Assembly (NCBI RefSeq): GCF_009914755.1
Contig: NC_060929.1
DNA from: the human T2T-CHM13v2.0 reference genome, Homo sapiens
Reading direction: 5' to 3' (one strand)
Length of the DNA: 64,000 nt
Both the position numbers and the translations under genes were made by a program. Below the pieces are notes generated by a model. That model was not told where the DNA came from and searched no databases. It worked only from the letters and a program-made list of their open reading frames with translations. Positions 31,079 to 45,416 of this stretch are shown here, one piece after another. Every line of letters begins with the position of its first letter. Within the stretch, counting starts at the first letter, position 1.

Positions 31079-32210
31079 AATATGATTTAGTGACAACCAG
31101 GAAAACTTACTTGGGATTATTAGCACTTTCAAACTTAGGGACATTATTAAATTGGATGGAATGCACTTCTAAATGTTTAAATTAAAATTTCAAAGCTCTT
31201 TCGAGATTCAGGTTCTCAATAATAATATTCAAGTTTTAGAGTTTCACTTTGTACTATTTAAATTTATGGAACTAGTTTCCATACTGACTTGTAAGGTTTT
31301 GGGGTCATATATAAGGACTAAAGCCAAGCTAGGCAAAACAATGACAGCACCGTTTTTTCAGTGAAGCTCTCAGAATGTCCAGTACAGATGTTGCAGATAA
31401 TTCCAAGAACTCCTTCAGCAGGTGTTCTTCACCATTCGTAAACAGTATTTTAAGATGTTCACTTTGCTCTTCTTTTTGGTTACATACATTTTAATAACTG
31501 GTATGTTGAAGTAGTGTCTAAAAGTATCTAGTCTTTATTCACAGTACATTATATTGTGTGATGCACTGGACTAACTCTTGTTTACCATTCATGTAACAAA
31601 ACCCAGCACATTATCTGCACTATAAGCTCAAAGAATGTCACATCCGCCCAGACAGCTCTTTGATGAGGGTGATGGGAACTGAATAAACCATACGGACTGG
31701 CAGTAACAAGGGCTTTTACTGTTCTGTTCAGTGGAACCTTCTTGGTCAAATTGTAATTAGCTAGCATTATATTTATATACAGGGTCTTTTTTCTTTACCG
31801 ATGTATTTTCCTACTCATAGCCAACCAATAAATTCAGTATCTGTTTCAAATATTTTAGAAGTGTAGTTTGTATAGCTGTAGTACTGAGGTTTGAGGAAAA
31901 ATAAATGTTGATCAGCAGACCACGTATTTAAAATTCTGAATCTTCTGGGACAGGGTTGTAACTCAGCCTTCCAAAGGGAAGAGTGCAGGGGGACGGGGCC
32001 ATGATATGGGGAAATGGTGTAAACTAATGTATTTCTTTATTGGCTGTTATTCTGTATAACACTCATATCTTTGCCAAAGTTCAATTTTATATTTAGGCAA
32101 CTGATGGTCCTTTTGCATTTAGGATTTTCGTTGTTGTTACCTTATACCTCATGATATAAGGAATGGGCTCATGTGTCTTCCGTCTTTTGGAAGGAGGTTG
32201 ACATATTTTA

Positions 32211-32216
32211 AATAAA
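32211..32216 (+). terminator. Likely distal CNOT6 poly(A) signal
   Basis: AATAAA with downstream ttgtgttggg GU-rich element; repeats resume shortly after. Confidence 0.65.
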
Positions 32217-32756
32217 TGCTTTTAAATACAGTAGCAAACATTGTGTTGGGGTTATAATAATTCATTAAATGTCTTGTTGCCTGTATTTTGTTGTATGTGT
32301 AAACTCTAAAAACGTGTGACTTCCTAAGTCTTCCGATGTCACCTTACAATTGAGAAAACAACATGAGTTCCTTTGCTTTTAGAACGACTTCCATAGCAGA
32401 CGTACATTTTTATGTACATGTGGGAAAAACCATGCAAAATCTGGACAGTTTAGATAATATTTCCTTTGATCTCCAGTTTTTAAAGTAGGCATGTTCTACT
32501 TAATCCTTAATACTGTGATGCACATTAGGGGGATGTATGCTGAGAAATGCATCCTTAGGTGATTTTGCCATTGTGTGAACATCAGATTGTATTTACATAA
32601 ACCTAAATGGTGTAGCCTATTACACATCTCGGCTGTGTGCTTAGCCTGTTGCTCCAAGGCTAGAAACCTGTGCAGCATGTTACTGTATTGAACACTGTAA
32701 GCAGTTGTAAGACAATGGTAAATATTTGTGTATCTAAACATGGAAAAGACAGAGTA

Positions 32757-33052
32757 GGCTGGGTGCGGTGGCTCACACCTGTAGTCCCAGCACTTTGGGA
32801 GGCTGAGGCAGGTGGATCACGAGGTCAGGAGATCAAGACCATCCTGGCTAACACGGTGAAACCCCGTCTCTACTGAAAATACAAAAAATTAGCCGGGTGT
32901 GGTGGCAGGCACCTGTAGACCCAGCTACTCAGGAGGCTGAGGCAGGAGAATGGTGTGAAACCTGGAGGCGGAGCTTTCAGTGAGCCAAGATCGCACCGTT
33001 GCACTCCAGCCTGGGCGACAGAGCGAGACTCCGTCTCAAAAAAAAAAAAAAA
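32757..33052 (+). mobile_element. AluY
   Basis: Full Alu with poly(A). Confidence 0.95.
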
Positions 33053-33086
33053 AGTGAAAATACAGTATAAAAAGTGGTATGTCTGA

Positions 33087-33379
33087 GGCTGGGCACAGTG
33101 GCTCACGCCTGTAATCTCGTTTTGGGAGGCCGAGGTGGGCGGATCACTTGAGGCCAGGAGTTCAAGACCAGACTGCGCATCATGGCGAAACCCCATCTCT
33201 ATAAAACATAGAACAATTAGCTGGGCGTGGTGAGACGCCTGTGGTCCCAGCTACTTAAGAGGCTGAGGTGGGAGAATTGCTTGAGCCCAGGAGGTGGAGG
33301 TTTCAGTGAGGAGATTGTGCCACTACACTCCAGCCTCAATGACAAAGTGAGACTCTCAAAAAAAAAAAAAAAAAAAAAA
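33087..33379 (+). mobile_element. AluJ/S
   Basis: Full Alu with poly(A). Confidence 0.93.
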
Positions 33380-33493
33380 GATACCTGAATAGGCAGCTCT
33401 AATATATCTTATGGACCATCCTCATATATGTGGTCCATCTTTGACCAAAATGTCATTATGCACAGTGCATGACTGTATGTAGTTTTACCTCTA

Positions 33494-33835
<342 letters not shown>

Positions 33836-34037
33836 CAAGTTAATGAAGTATGTGCCATGTTACTTGATAAATTCCAATTAATGTTCTTTAAAAGAACAAG
33901 TACCTAAAGAAACGTGAACTGAAATATATTTAGAATAAAGTTTTTAGGTTTTTAGATAACGAGATAACAATATCTACCGAGAGTTCCCTTTTTAGACTAT
34001 TATTTAGGTATTCAAATTGATTCTAAAATAAGCTTTT

Positions 34038-34357
<320 letters not shown>

Positions 34358-36043
34358 TTAACATAATGAGTGGTTATATGTTAGAAGAAACTTGTAGAAG
34401 ATAGTTTTCTACTAGAATTTTAGGATAATTTGAGAAATGTTTTTGTAAGTAAATTTCCCCTGAATAATATTTTAAATAGATTGTTACATAAATGAATCTA
34501 ACCAGCTAGTCTATAGCTAGGGGTTGGGAGGACTGCTGGATTGCAAAGTAGTTTGAAAACGAGTTTCTACGGTTTTAGCACATTTAACATTTTTAATCAA
34601 ATGAACAAGGAAATGTCAGTTTTCTCATTTTCTTTGAATCACAAACTTCAGATCACTCTAATCTACCGAAAAGCTATTAAATGAGTTTGGTCTGTTACAA
34701 GAAATTTTGCTTGCTCTATCAAGTGCGACCTGAGGCAGGCTTCAAGAGCTTTAATTGCCGGATACGTTCCAGCTTACCAGCAAAGGGAATCTAAGCTGCT
34801 GGGCTTACAGAGTTACCCACTAGTAAGTTGCCTAAGCTTACTTAAAATTGAGAGATTTACAATTGTCAGACTCTGTGCTTAGTTTGGAAATAAAGATTTA
34901 TAGGCATAATCCTTGACTTCCAAGTTGTTCGTTGACCTTATATCTAGTGCATTGGATGCTGAAGATGTAATAGGTGTGGAGGAAGAAACTTGGGCTACTG
35001 GGAAGGTTGCTGTAGCAGCACTGTGCAGGATGCATGAAAAGGGGAGATGAATACTTGGTGTCAGACTAGTCAGCTGGTTTCTGGTGTGGTCCAGTTGACA
35101 GCTAAGCTGAGGAGGGCTTGCAGAGCAGTAAGCCTAGAAAGGAAAGGGAATTTTGAAATGTTTAGGAAAGGGAAGTAATAATCTCAATTCCTGCCTCGTG
35201 TGGATGAAAAGACAGATAAATGAGTTTTGTCCAGTCAGTGCTTTCATTATGTAAACCCTGATTCAAAATCTTATGTCTGCCACCAAGGCCCCCATTTTTC
35301 CTTCACCCATCTGACAAAAGTATTTAGTTGAAGAATCTTGTTTCTCAAGCTGGATTTTACTTCATTCCCCATTATCATTTATTCAGATTTTAGTCTGCAG
35401 GAGAAATCCATTGTGCCCCTACTAAACAGCCATTAGTTCCAGAAAATGATAAAAGGTAGCATTTGATGCTAAATTAATTCTTTTAGCCTGTTTCCCTTTG
35501 GCTTTTTCTATTACTGAAAATAGTTTAAATGTAAAAAGACTGCCTTTCTGAGGTTGCTGGTAAGACCAAGCATTGGGAGGTATTTAAGTAGAGCAACATA
35601 CAAGCAGCGAAGGGAGGGATCCAAGAATTCTCAGCTCTGCGAAGCTCCCCTCATGCAAAGGACTCGCGCTGTGTGTTGTTCAGTGTGGTGGCCTCTAGCC
35701 ATGTGTGGCTTTTGAGCATTTGAAATACGGCTGTTGTGACTGGTACTGAAAAATATATTTTTTTTTTGTCAAGCAAAACAATGATTTTTATAGGATCACA
35801 TTTATCTTTTAATTGTTGCATTGTGTAAGAGAACCATTGCCTTGCTTGCTTGTATTACACATAAACACATTGCCAGATGATATCAAAGAATTGACTTCAT
35901 TCTAACAGTATTTTGCTACTAACCAAAGTAACATTATAGTGTTTATCTAAATGTTATATGCAGTTACTGTGCCTATGTAAATCCTAATTAGTAGTTAAAG
36001 TGAGATGTATGTTCTTATTTTTCTAATTTAAAAAATATAGACG

Positions 36044-36324
36044 GGGCCAGGTGCGGTGGCTCACGCCTGTAATCCCAGCACTTTCGGAGGCCGAGGCAGG
36101 TGGATCACGAGGTCAGGAGATCGAGACCATCCTGCCCAACATGGTGAAACCCCGTCTCTACTAAAAATACAAAAATTAGCCAGGAGTGGTGGTGGGCACC
36201 TTAGTCCCAGCTACTCGAGAGGCTGAGGCAAGAGAATCAGGTGAACCTGAGAGGCAGAGGTTGCAGTGAGCCGATACCGTGCCAATGCACTCCAGACTGG
36301 CAACAGAGGGAGACTACATCTCAA
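36044..36324 (+). mobile_element. AluSc
   Basis: Full Alu whose tail became a compound microsatellite. Confidence 0.95.
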
Positions 36325-36379
<55 letters not shown>

Positions 36380-36460
36380 CACACACACACACATATATAC
36401 CTGTATGCACATATATATACACATGTACACATATATATACACAAATATATATACATACAA
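36325..36460. repeat. Compound (TA)n(TG)n(TA)n(CA)n microsatellite
   Basis: Read directly from the sequence. Confidence 0.95.
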
Positions 36461-36477
36461 ATTATTAAATTTAAAAT

Positions 36478-36812
<335 letters not shown>

Positions 36813-37179
36813 TTAATGATTCATTGTCCTATTGATTCCAATTTAAGATTCTTTTGCAACAAAAGGAATGCTAACGTGTATGCAATAATCTAAAGCAGAA
36901 AATGTCAGAGTCTGTGGCGCACATTTTCTCACCAATATCACACTGAATATGAATGAACTAAAGTTGAAGCTCCAAGGAAGGGAAAAGCTTATTTGTGATG
37001 TTCACAGACAGGTACAATAATTTATGTTGAAATCGAAACTTTATAATGCAAATCCAGAATATGGCTTTGACACATTTTCTAACATTTAAAATTTTAATTG
37101 TAATTTAACATTTTATAAATTGCAAAAACTACAAGTAAAATTTGAAGAACACTGTTGATACATAGATAAATTTAGAGTA

Positions 37180-37308
37180 GCTGCCAAGCGTGGTGGCTCA
37201 CATCTGTAATCCCAGCACTTGGGGAGGGCAAGGCAGAAGGACTGCTCGAGGTTGGGAGTTTAAGACCAGCCTGAGCAATACAGGGAGACCCTGTCTCAGA
37301 AAAATAAA
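37180..37308 (+). mobile_element. Alu monomer (FLAM)
   Basis: Single left-arm-like monomer. Confidence 0.85.
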
Positions 37309-38180
37309 ATTTAGAGTTTTTTAAATTATGCATTACCCCTTTGAATTTGATGTTCATATTCTAGAGTCAATGCAAGTATTCATGAGTACTTAGAGAGAAA
37401 CAAATAGGTTTGCTACAAAGTTCAGTAGATTCCTATAAAACAGAAATAGCAGGTTTGTTGATATGGGTCCAGAAATGTTTTTAAATGATTTTGGGGATTT
37501 GATTCAATTATAAAACAAGTATAATTGTTGCAACTTTGGTATGTGAATCAATTTTTAAGATTCAACTATATGATATTTATAGGAGATGCACTTTAGATGT
37601 AAAGGTTACAAATAGGCTGAGAGTACAAGGATGGAAGAAGATGTCATGCAAACAGGAACTATAAAAATTGGAGCTATCCTAACGTCAGACAAAATAGACT
37701 AGGAAACAAAAAATGTTCCTAGAGATGAAGGATATATCTTCTAATGATGAACAACAGCAAACAACAAAGCCCCAAACTACAGGCAGCAAAAGCTGACAGA
37801 TTGGAAGGGAGAAATTGACAATTCAGCAATAATAAATGGAAATTTCAGTACCTTTCTCTCAATAGAACAACTAGGCAGAAATCGATGTTAATAGGAAACA
37901 CCAACTGAACCTGATAGAGAAGTAAAACAATACCAGAATATACATTTCTCCCAGGTGTACATGGAATATTCTCTAGGGCAGATCATATGGGATGCTATAA
38001 AACAAGCCATAATAAGCTCAAAAGGATTGAAAACATACCAAATATATTATCCAATCAATGAAGTGAAACCAGGGAAGTTTGAAAATATTTTGAAATAAAT
38101 GAAAAGACAATATACCAAAACATGGGAAGCAGTGAAAGCAATACTTAAATTTATAAACACATTTTAAAAGAAGATTTTGG

Positions 38181-38472
38181 GGCCAGGCGCGGTGGTTCAT
38201 GCCTGTAATCCCAGCACTTTGGGAGGCTGAGGCAGGCGGGTCACGAGGTCAGGAGATCGAGACCATCCTGGCTAACATGGTGAAACCTCGTCTCTACTAA
38301 AAATACGAAAAAAAAAATCATCTGGGCGTGGTGGCGGGCGTCTGTATTCCCAGCTACTTGGGAGGCTGAGGCAGGAGTCCCAGCTACCCAGGAGGCCGAA
38401 CTTGCAATGAGCTGAGACCACTGCACTCCAGCCTGGGCGACAGAGCAACACGCCATCTCAAAAATAAAAAAA
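38181..38472 (+). mobile_element. AluY/Sc
   Basis: Alu with a small internal duplication. Confidence 0.93.
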
Positions 38473-38598
38473 AGATCTTAAATCTTTTCAACTTAAGACA
38501 CTGGAAAACAGTAAACCAAACCCAAAGCAAGCAGAAAGAAGGAAGTAATTAGAACTAGAGCAGAAAATCATGAAATAGAGAATAGAAAAACAGGAGAG

Positions 38599-38979
<381 letters not shown>

Positions 38980-40107
38980 CTACTTGAATTACTAAAATCA
39001 GGAATGAAAGGGAGACATTACTACCAACCTTTATAGAATAAAAAGGATTATTATGGAATGCTATGGACAATTGTATGCCCATGAATTAGACAATGTAGAT
39101 GACATGGATAGATTCCTAGAAAGACACTACCAAAACTGACTCAAGAAGAAATAGAAAATCTGAATAGATGTACAACAATAAAGGGATTGAATTAGTAATG
39201 AAAAAAAACTACAAAATGAAAAGCATAGGCCCTGATGGCTTCACTGGTGAATCCTATCAAGTATTTAAGCTGATACCAATTCCTCACAAACTTCAAAAAG
39301 TAGAAGAGGGAACACTTTTTAACTCATTCTGTGAGGTCAGTATTACCCTGATATCAAAACCAGACAAAGATATCTCAAAGAAAACTACATACCAATCACT
39401 TTTAAATATAGATCCAAAAGTCCTCAAAAACATACTAGCAAAATAGGATTCAGCAATATATAAAAAAGGATTTTGCACCATGACCAAGTGGGATTTATCC
39501 AATTAATGTAATGTATTGTATCAGTAGAACAAAGGACAAAAGCGTAGGATCATTTGACAAAACTTACTCTCCAAAAACAAACAAAAACGAGAACAACTTC
39601 AATCTGGTAAGAGGCATTTACAAAGAACCTACAGGTAATATGATACGTAATGATGACAGACTAAGGCTTTCCCCCAAGAAAGCATGGAATTCATGTTCTT
39701 GGATTGAAGGATAATATTAAGATGGCAATACTCCCTAAATTGATCTACAGATTCAATGCAGTCTCTATCAGAATCCCAGCTGACTTTTTGTTTGTTGCAG
39801 AAATTGACAATCTAATATTTAAAGTCATATGGAAATCCAAGGGACCTCCAAAATAGCCAAACAGTCTTGAAGAGGGTCAAAGTTGGAGGACTAAAGCATC
39901 CTGATTTTAAAACTAGTTACAAAGCTACAGTAATCAAGACAGTGTGGTTCTAGCATAAGGATAGCACATTGGTCAATAGAATTGAATTTAAAGCCCAAGA
40001 AATAAACCCTTACATTTCTGGTCAATTGATTTGTGACAAACATGCCAAGATATCTCAATTGGGGAAAGTGTAGCATCTTCAATGAATAGTGCTGGGACAG
40101 CTGAATT

Positions 40108-40870
40108 CAGGCATATTTTGGAGATATTGTGGGCTTTGTTTCTGGCCACTGCAGTAAGCAAGTCGTTAACTTTTTGGTTTCTCAGTGCATGTAAAAGTTG
40201 TTTACATGATAGTATAGTCTATTCATTATGCGATAGCATTATGTCTTAAGGAACATGCCTTAATTTTAAAATACTTTATCGCCTAAAAATCTGAGCCTTC
40301 AGTGAGTCATAATCGTTTTACTGGTAGAGGATCTTGTCTCAGTGTTGATGGCTGCTGACTGATCAGGGTGGTGGTTGCAGAAAGTTGGGGTGGCTGTGGC
40401 AATTTCTTAAAATAAGACAATAAAGTTTGCAGCATTGACTCTTCCTTTCACAAAAGATTTCTCTGTATGTTGCATGCAATGCTGTTTGATAGAATTTTAC
40501 CCACTGTAGAACTTCTTTCAAAATTGGAGTTAATCCCCTCAAAACCGGCTGCTGCTTTATCAACTAAGTTTATGTACTCTTCTAAAACTACATCCTATAT
40601 GGTCACTTCAGTGAGGTTCACAGCCTCTTCACCAGGAGGAGATTCCATCTCAATAAACCACTTTCTTTGCTCATCCATAAGAAGTAACTCCTCACCTGTT
40701 CAAGTTTTATCATGGGGTTGCAGTAATTCAGTCACATCTTCAGTCAGGCTTTGCTTCTAATTCAAGTGGTCTTGTTATTTCTCCCACATCTGCAGTTGCT
40801 ACCTGAAGCCTTGAACCTCTTGGTTATCCATTAGGCTGGAATCAACTTCTTCCAAACTCCTGTTAATGCT
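40108..40870 (-). mobile_element. Tigger1 3' fragment
   Basis: caggcata...ggagatattg terminus; minus-strand [14 protein letters not shown] resembles the Tigger1 transposase C-terminus. Confidence 0.85.
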
Positions 40871-40924
40871 GGGGTGTTTTTTTGCGGGGGGAGGTGGGAC
40901 AGAGGCTTGCTTTGTCACCCAGAG

Positions 40925-41381
<457 letters not shown>

Positions 41382-41875
41382 ATATCAGGCATTTACAATT
41401 ATGCTTCCAAGTGTGATCTTGAGCCTTAAGGTCTTACTCTTACATCATCAGCATCTTCTTTTAACTTGGCCGGAAACCTGACTTCAATGACATTAACCTA
41501 ATTATACATCTGAGTTATCTATCACAGAAGATGCACAGAACGGCCTCAGTATCGCAATACCACCAGTAAGAGAAGTTTAAAATTATTTTCACAGTTCCTC
41601 TTGTCCTTGGGGTGGAGCCACCGCAGGGCGGAGAATTCAATTACTACATTTTTACATTACTTAGAATAGTTCCTTGGTGGTTAGGCCCCCGCTTAGAAAC
41701 CCAGTTAAGTTTCTTTCTTTTCCTAACTTCAATTTTTAGAGGCTGCTTTAAAGAATTTGTGTTTGGTCTTTTGTGACAATATAAAATATTTTTAAAATAG
41801 TAACCATTTTATAACATTTCATCCTTGGGCTGGGCGCCATGGCTCATGCCTGTAGTCCCAGCACTTTGGGCATGG

Positions 41876-42142
41876 CATTCTTGCCTTTGAGGGGTCGACT
41901 TCAGTTGTCTTATACGTCCCTGCTGAAGCATGTGTACCTTTTCCCTGTGATATACAAACCCTGGGTCTGGGAGTTGACGGTGTGGGGATGCACCGCCTCA
42001 AGGCCATCCGAGACATAGCTTCTGTTTTCAAGTCCCCATTAAATGTTTCTTTGTGAGATACTGGACTTGTCAGACTCTTTTTGACCCCTTAGCTCCCTTG
42101 GTCTTTGGGGGCAGGTCTGCATATACCTGCTCACTGAAGAGC
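41876..42142 (+). mobile_element. ERV1-class LTR 3' fragment (MER34/MER39-like)
   Basis: tatacaaaccctgggtctggg...attaaa...tttgggggcaggtctgcatatacctgctcac resembles recalled MER34/39 LTR ends. Confidence 0.5.
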
Positions 42143-42744
42143 AGTATGTTTGGGACCAGTATCTCCAGGATTATGATGGTCTCTCTTCCAGGAATCTACA
42201 GGAGGAAGGAAGCTAGACGTTGCAGCTGGTCTTGGAACTTCAACTGGTGTTCGCAGTTTCCCTTTTTCACTAAGCACTTTGCTTTCCCCCCGTTGTTTTC
42301 CTGGAAAGATTCCAGGGGTGGAGGGTAGCAGGGCCATCTCGGGATGGGGTCCTTCATCTAGTACCACATAGTACCACAGCCCACCCACCGTCAGTTCCAC
42401 CAAGCTCCCGTAGCCTACCATGTTCTCATAATGATTTACCTGGATGTTTTAATCCAGTTAGTTAAGGAATTGTTAGCAGACAACCTGCAGAAAGCCTGGA
42501 TATGTAATACTGGGGGAGGTGGGCCTGGGGTCGTGCTGAGGTCGGTGTCCCCATGACCTTGTGATTCTCACTCTTGGTTCCTGTTGTCCAGACCAAAGCC
42601 TTCCCCACCCCATGAAGATTCACAGCCCTTCATGACCTTGGGGGCAACGTGTTGCTCAGATTTCATGGAATCTGGATCCAGGTGGCTTCTTCCCTGTTGT
42701 GGTTTGACTGTGAACTCATCAAAATGGCTAAAATTTTTATTTTA

Positions 42745-43331
<587 letters not shown>

Positions 43332-44006
43332 ATCAAAAAATTTTTAAAATCTCGTGTGGATATTCATGATGGGGGGAAGACCTGCTCAAGCCACCTGAGG
43401 CAGAGTTATTCATCCCAGCAAGGAAGTCAACTGGGAGGCTTCCCCTGAAAGGGACACCGATGTCTGGGTTCCCTGGGCACCTTCCCACCAACACTAGATC
43501 AGTTGACAAAAGGTGGTCTCTCCGCTAGAGTGGAAGGAATCAAAGTCACTAGGTTATTTGGACAAAACCAGCAGAAACTGCAGGGAAAACAAGCCCAACA
43601 GCGGATTTCCTGAAGCCCTCATTCCTCCCCCATTCCGAGGAAGAAATCTACAAGTATAGAGGGAAAAAATAAAAACTTTCAAATTTTAGCAACAAATGGC
43701 TTTGGTGCGTTTGCATTCTCGCCAGTCTTCAAGGAGTAGATAATTTTTATGCTTCATAAACAGTTACAGAGCACAACAGGAAGAAAGACCTGCCAGTTTT
43801 GTTTCCAAATCCGGTTTACCTCTGATACTGGCCCCATCTCTGTCACCTTGCACTGCTGGCTCTATGCCACCTGCAGACTCTCGCGGCCTCTCTCTCCCTC
43901 TCTCACGCAGCACCCCTCACAAAATCTGGGACTTGGCACTCTCGGTCCCCCACAGGGATCAGCATTTGGATGAGAAAATACCAGGCTCGAGCTGCTCTTA
44001 ACCACG

Positions 44007-44012
44007 TTTATT
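44007..44012 (-). terminator. SCGB3A1: SCGB3A1 poly(A) signal
   Basis: TTTATT on + = AATAAA on -, 107 nt past the stop. Confidence 0.9.
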
Positions 44013-44118
44013 GAGAGGGGCCGGGGGAAGGGGATGGACGGTCCTCCCCGCGGCGGGGTTTTCAGCCCTCGCGGGTGGGCAGCGTCTTGTCCTCAGGTGT
44101 AGATGCTCCAGTCTCGGC

Positions 44119-44142
44119 TCAGCCAAACACTGTCAGGGCCCC
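44119..44142 (-). CDS. SCGB3A1: SCGB3A1 exon 3 coding part (GALTVFG*)
   Basis: ttccag|GGG GCC CTG ACA GTG TTT GGC TGA. Confidence 0.96.
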   Translation of the reverse strand, partial: GALTVFG

Positions 44143-44487
44143 CTGGAAAGCAGAAGCCGAGCTTGAGTGCCCCCAGCCCTGCCACCAAGAACTCAGGCGG
44201 GGGCGCGGCAGCGGCCGGCTCTGTGGGGAGCGGGAGCGGGGCGGTTCCGCTGGCGTCTCCGGGGGACGCGCACCCGCGCGGGGCCACCTCCGCCTTCCCC
44301 GCCCCTGCAGCTCGGATGCGCCCCACCCAGTTCCCACCCGGAGACCCGGGCTTCTCCCAGGGACAGGGCTTGGAGGGGCAGGACGGGAAACAGCCCTGAC
44401 GTAGGGCCGGGACACCTCTGGTGCAGTTTTGAGGCTGGCCGGGAAGGGATGCCCGCGCAGGAAGGGCACCCGGGGTGCCCACTTTAC

Positions 44488-44726
44488 CAGCAGGGCCTTC
44501 AGGGCCTTCACGGCCCCCACGGCCTGGGGACCCAGCTCAGCCACACACTTCTGGGAGCCCTCTATGAGGTGGTTCACGGGGATGCCCAGGCTGCTCAGCA
44601 GGAGCTTCAGCGGGTTGAGGGTGCCGAGGGGGTTGGCCAGGGTCCCGGCCCCGGCCTCCGCCGCCGACTCCAGCGCAGCGACAGGCTGGGCCACAGGCTT
44701 GGCCGAGCCCACTAAGAAAGCAGCAG
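44488..44726 (-). CDS. SCGB3A1: SCGB3A1 exon 2, 239 nt
   Basis: ttgcag|CT GCT GCT TTC...CTG CTG|gtaaag; AAAFLVGSAKPVAQPVAALES...NPLKLLLSSLGIPVNHLIEGSQKCVAELGPQAVGAVKALKALL. Confidence 0.98.
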
Positions 44727-45298
44727 CTGCAAGCGAACAGGGAGGGGTCACCGCCTGCGCGCCGGGGTCCCCAGAAGGCAGGTCCAGGACGCGCCCCCGC
44801 GGGAGGCGCCCAGGAACCGTCGCGCCCTGCCCGGCTCCCCGACCGCCCCTCCCTCCTGCGCCGAGGCCTGCCAGGTGCGAGCCCCCGGGACACAGGCGGG
44901 TCTGGGGAGGCGGCCCCGCCAGGAGACGCTGCAGGGTCACCGGAGTGGCCTGAGGGTGGCGGAAGGACCGGTGAACTCTGTGCAGGGTCCGGGACAGGCC
45001 CCCAAGGGAGGGGACACTCGCGCTGCGCCTTGCAGGATGAGGAGCCGGTCTCCAGACGGGGGGCAGACGGGTGTCCCCAGGCCAGGGGCGGCCTCCATCC
45101 CGGCACGAGGCTGGAGACAGCCCTGAGAGGGGGAGGCCGCGGGCTGCAGGCGCGGGGCCCCGGGGTGGCGGAGCCCTCTGGGCGCCGGGCGAGGCTGGAA
45201 GGACCTGGGATCCACGATCGGCGCAGGCAGCGGCGGGGGCGCAGCGGGCGCCGAGGCCTCAGGCCCCACCGTGCGCGCCAGGAGCCCGGGGCGCTCAC

Positions 45299-45350
45299 CG
45301 GAGCTGCAGGACAGGGCCACGCAGAGCCCCAGGAGGGCGGCGAGCTTCAT
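45299..45350 (-). CDS. SCGB3A1: SCGB3A1 exon 1 coding part (signal peptide); secretoglobin 3A1, 104 aa total
   Basis: gccATG AAG CTC...TCC G|gtgagc; MKLAALLGLCVALSCSS; 52+239+24=315 nt. Confidence 0.98.
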
Positions 45351-45408
45351 GGCGCGGGGGCTCGGGGCGCGCGGGGAACCTGCGGCTGCCCGGGCAAGGC
45401 CACGAGGC

Positions 45409-45416
45409 TTCTTATA
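45409..45416 (-). promoter_or_regulatory. SCGB3A1: TATA-like box of SCGB3A1
   Basis: TATAAGAA on - strand ~60 nt upstream of ATG in an otherwise GC-rich context. Confidence 0.8.

Larger units (their letters stand above)
28077..32235 (+). other. CNOT6: CNOT6 3'UTR (~4.1 kb; distal end approximate)
   Basis: U-rich, transposon-free tract from the stop to AATAAA 32211-32216 followed by GU-rich sequence. Confidence 0.75.
32512..33478 (+). mobile_element. Tigger3/MER47-like DNA transposon split by two Alus
   Basis: tgagaaatgcatccttaggtgattttgccattgtgtgaacatca...; right end ...gtgcatgactgta at ~33478. Confidence 0.7.

Noticed and set aside
39168-39446. RT-like ORF
   Set aside because: Short fragment of a decayed L1 ORF2 with stops and frameshifts around it.
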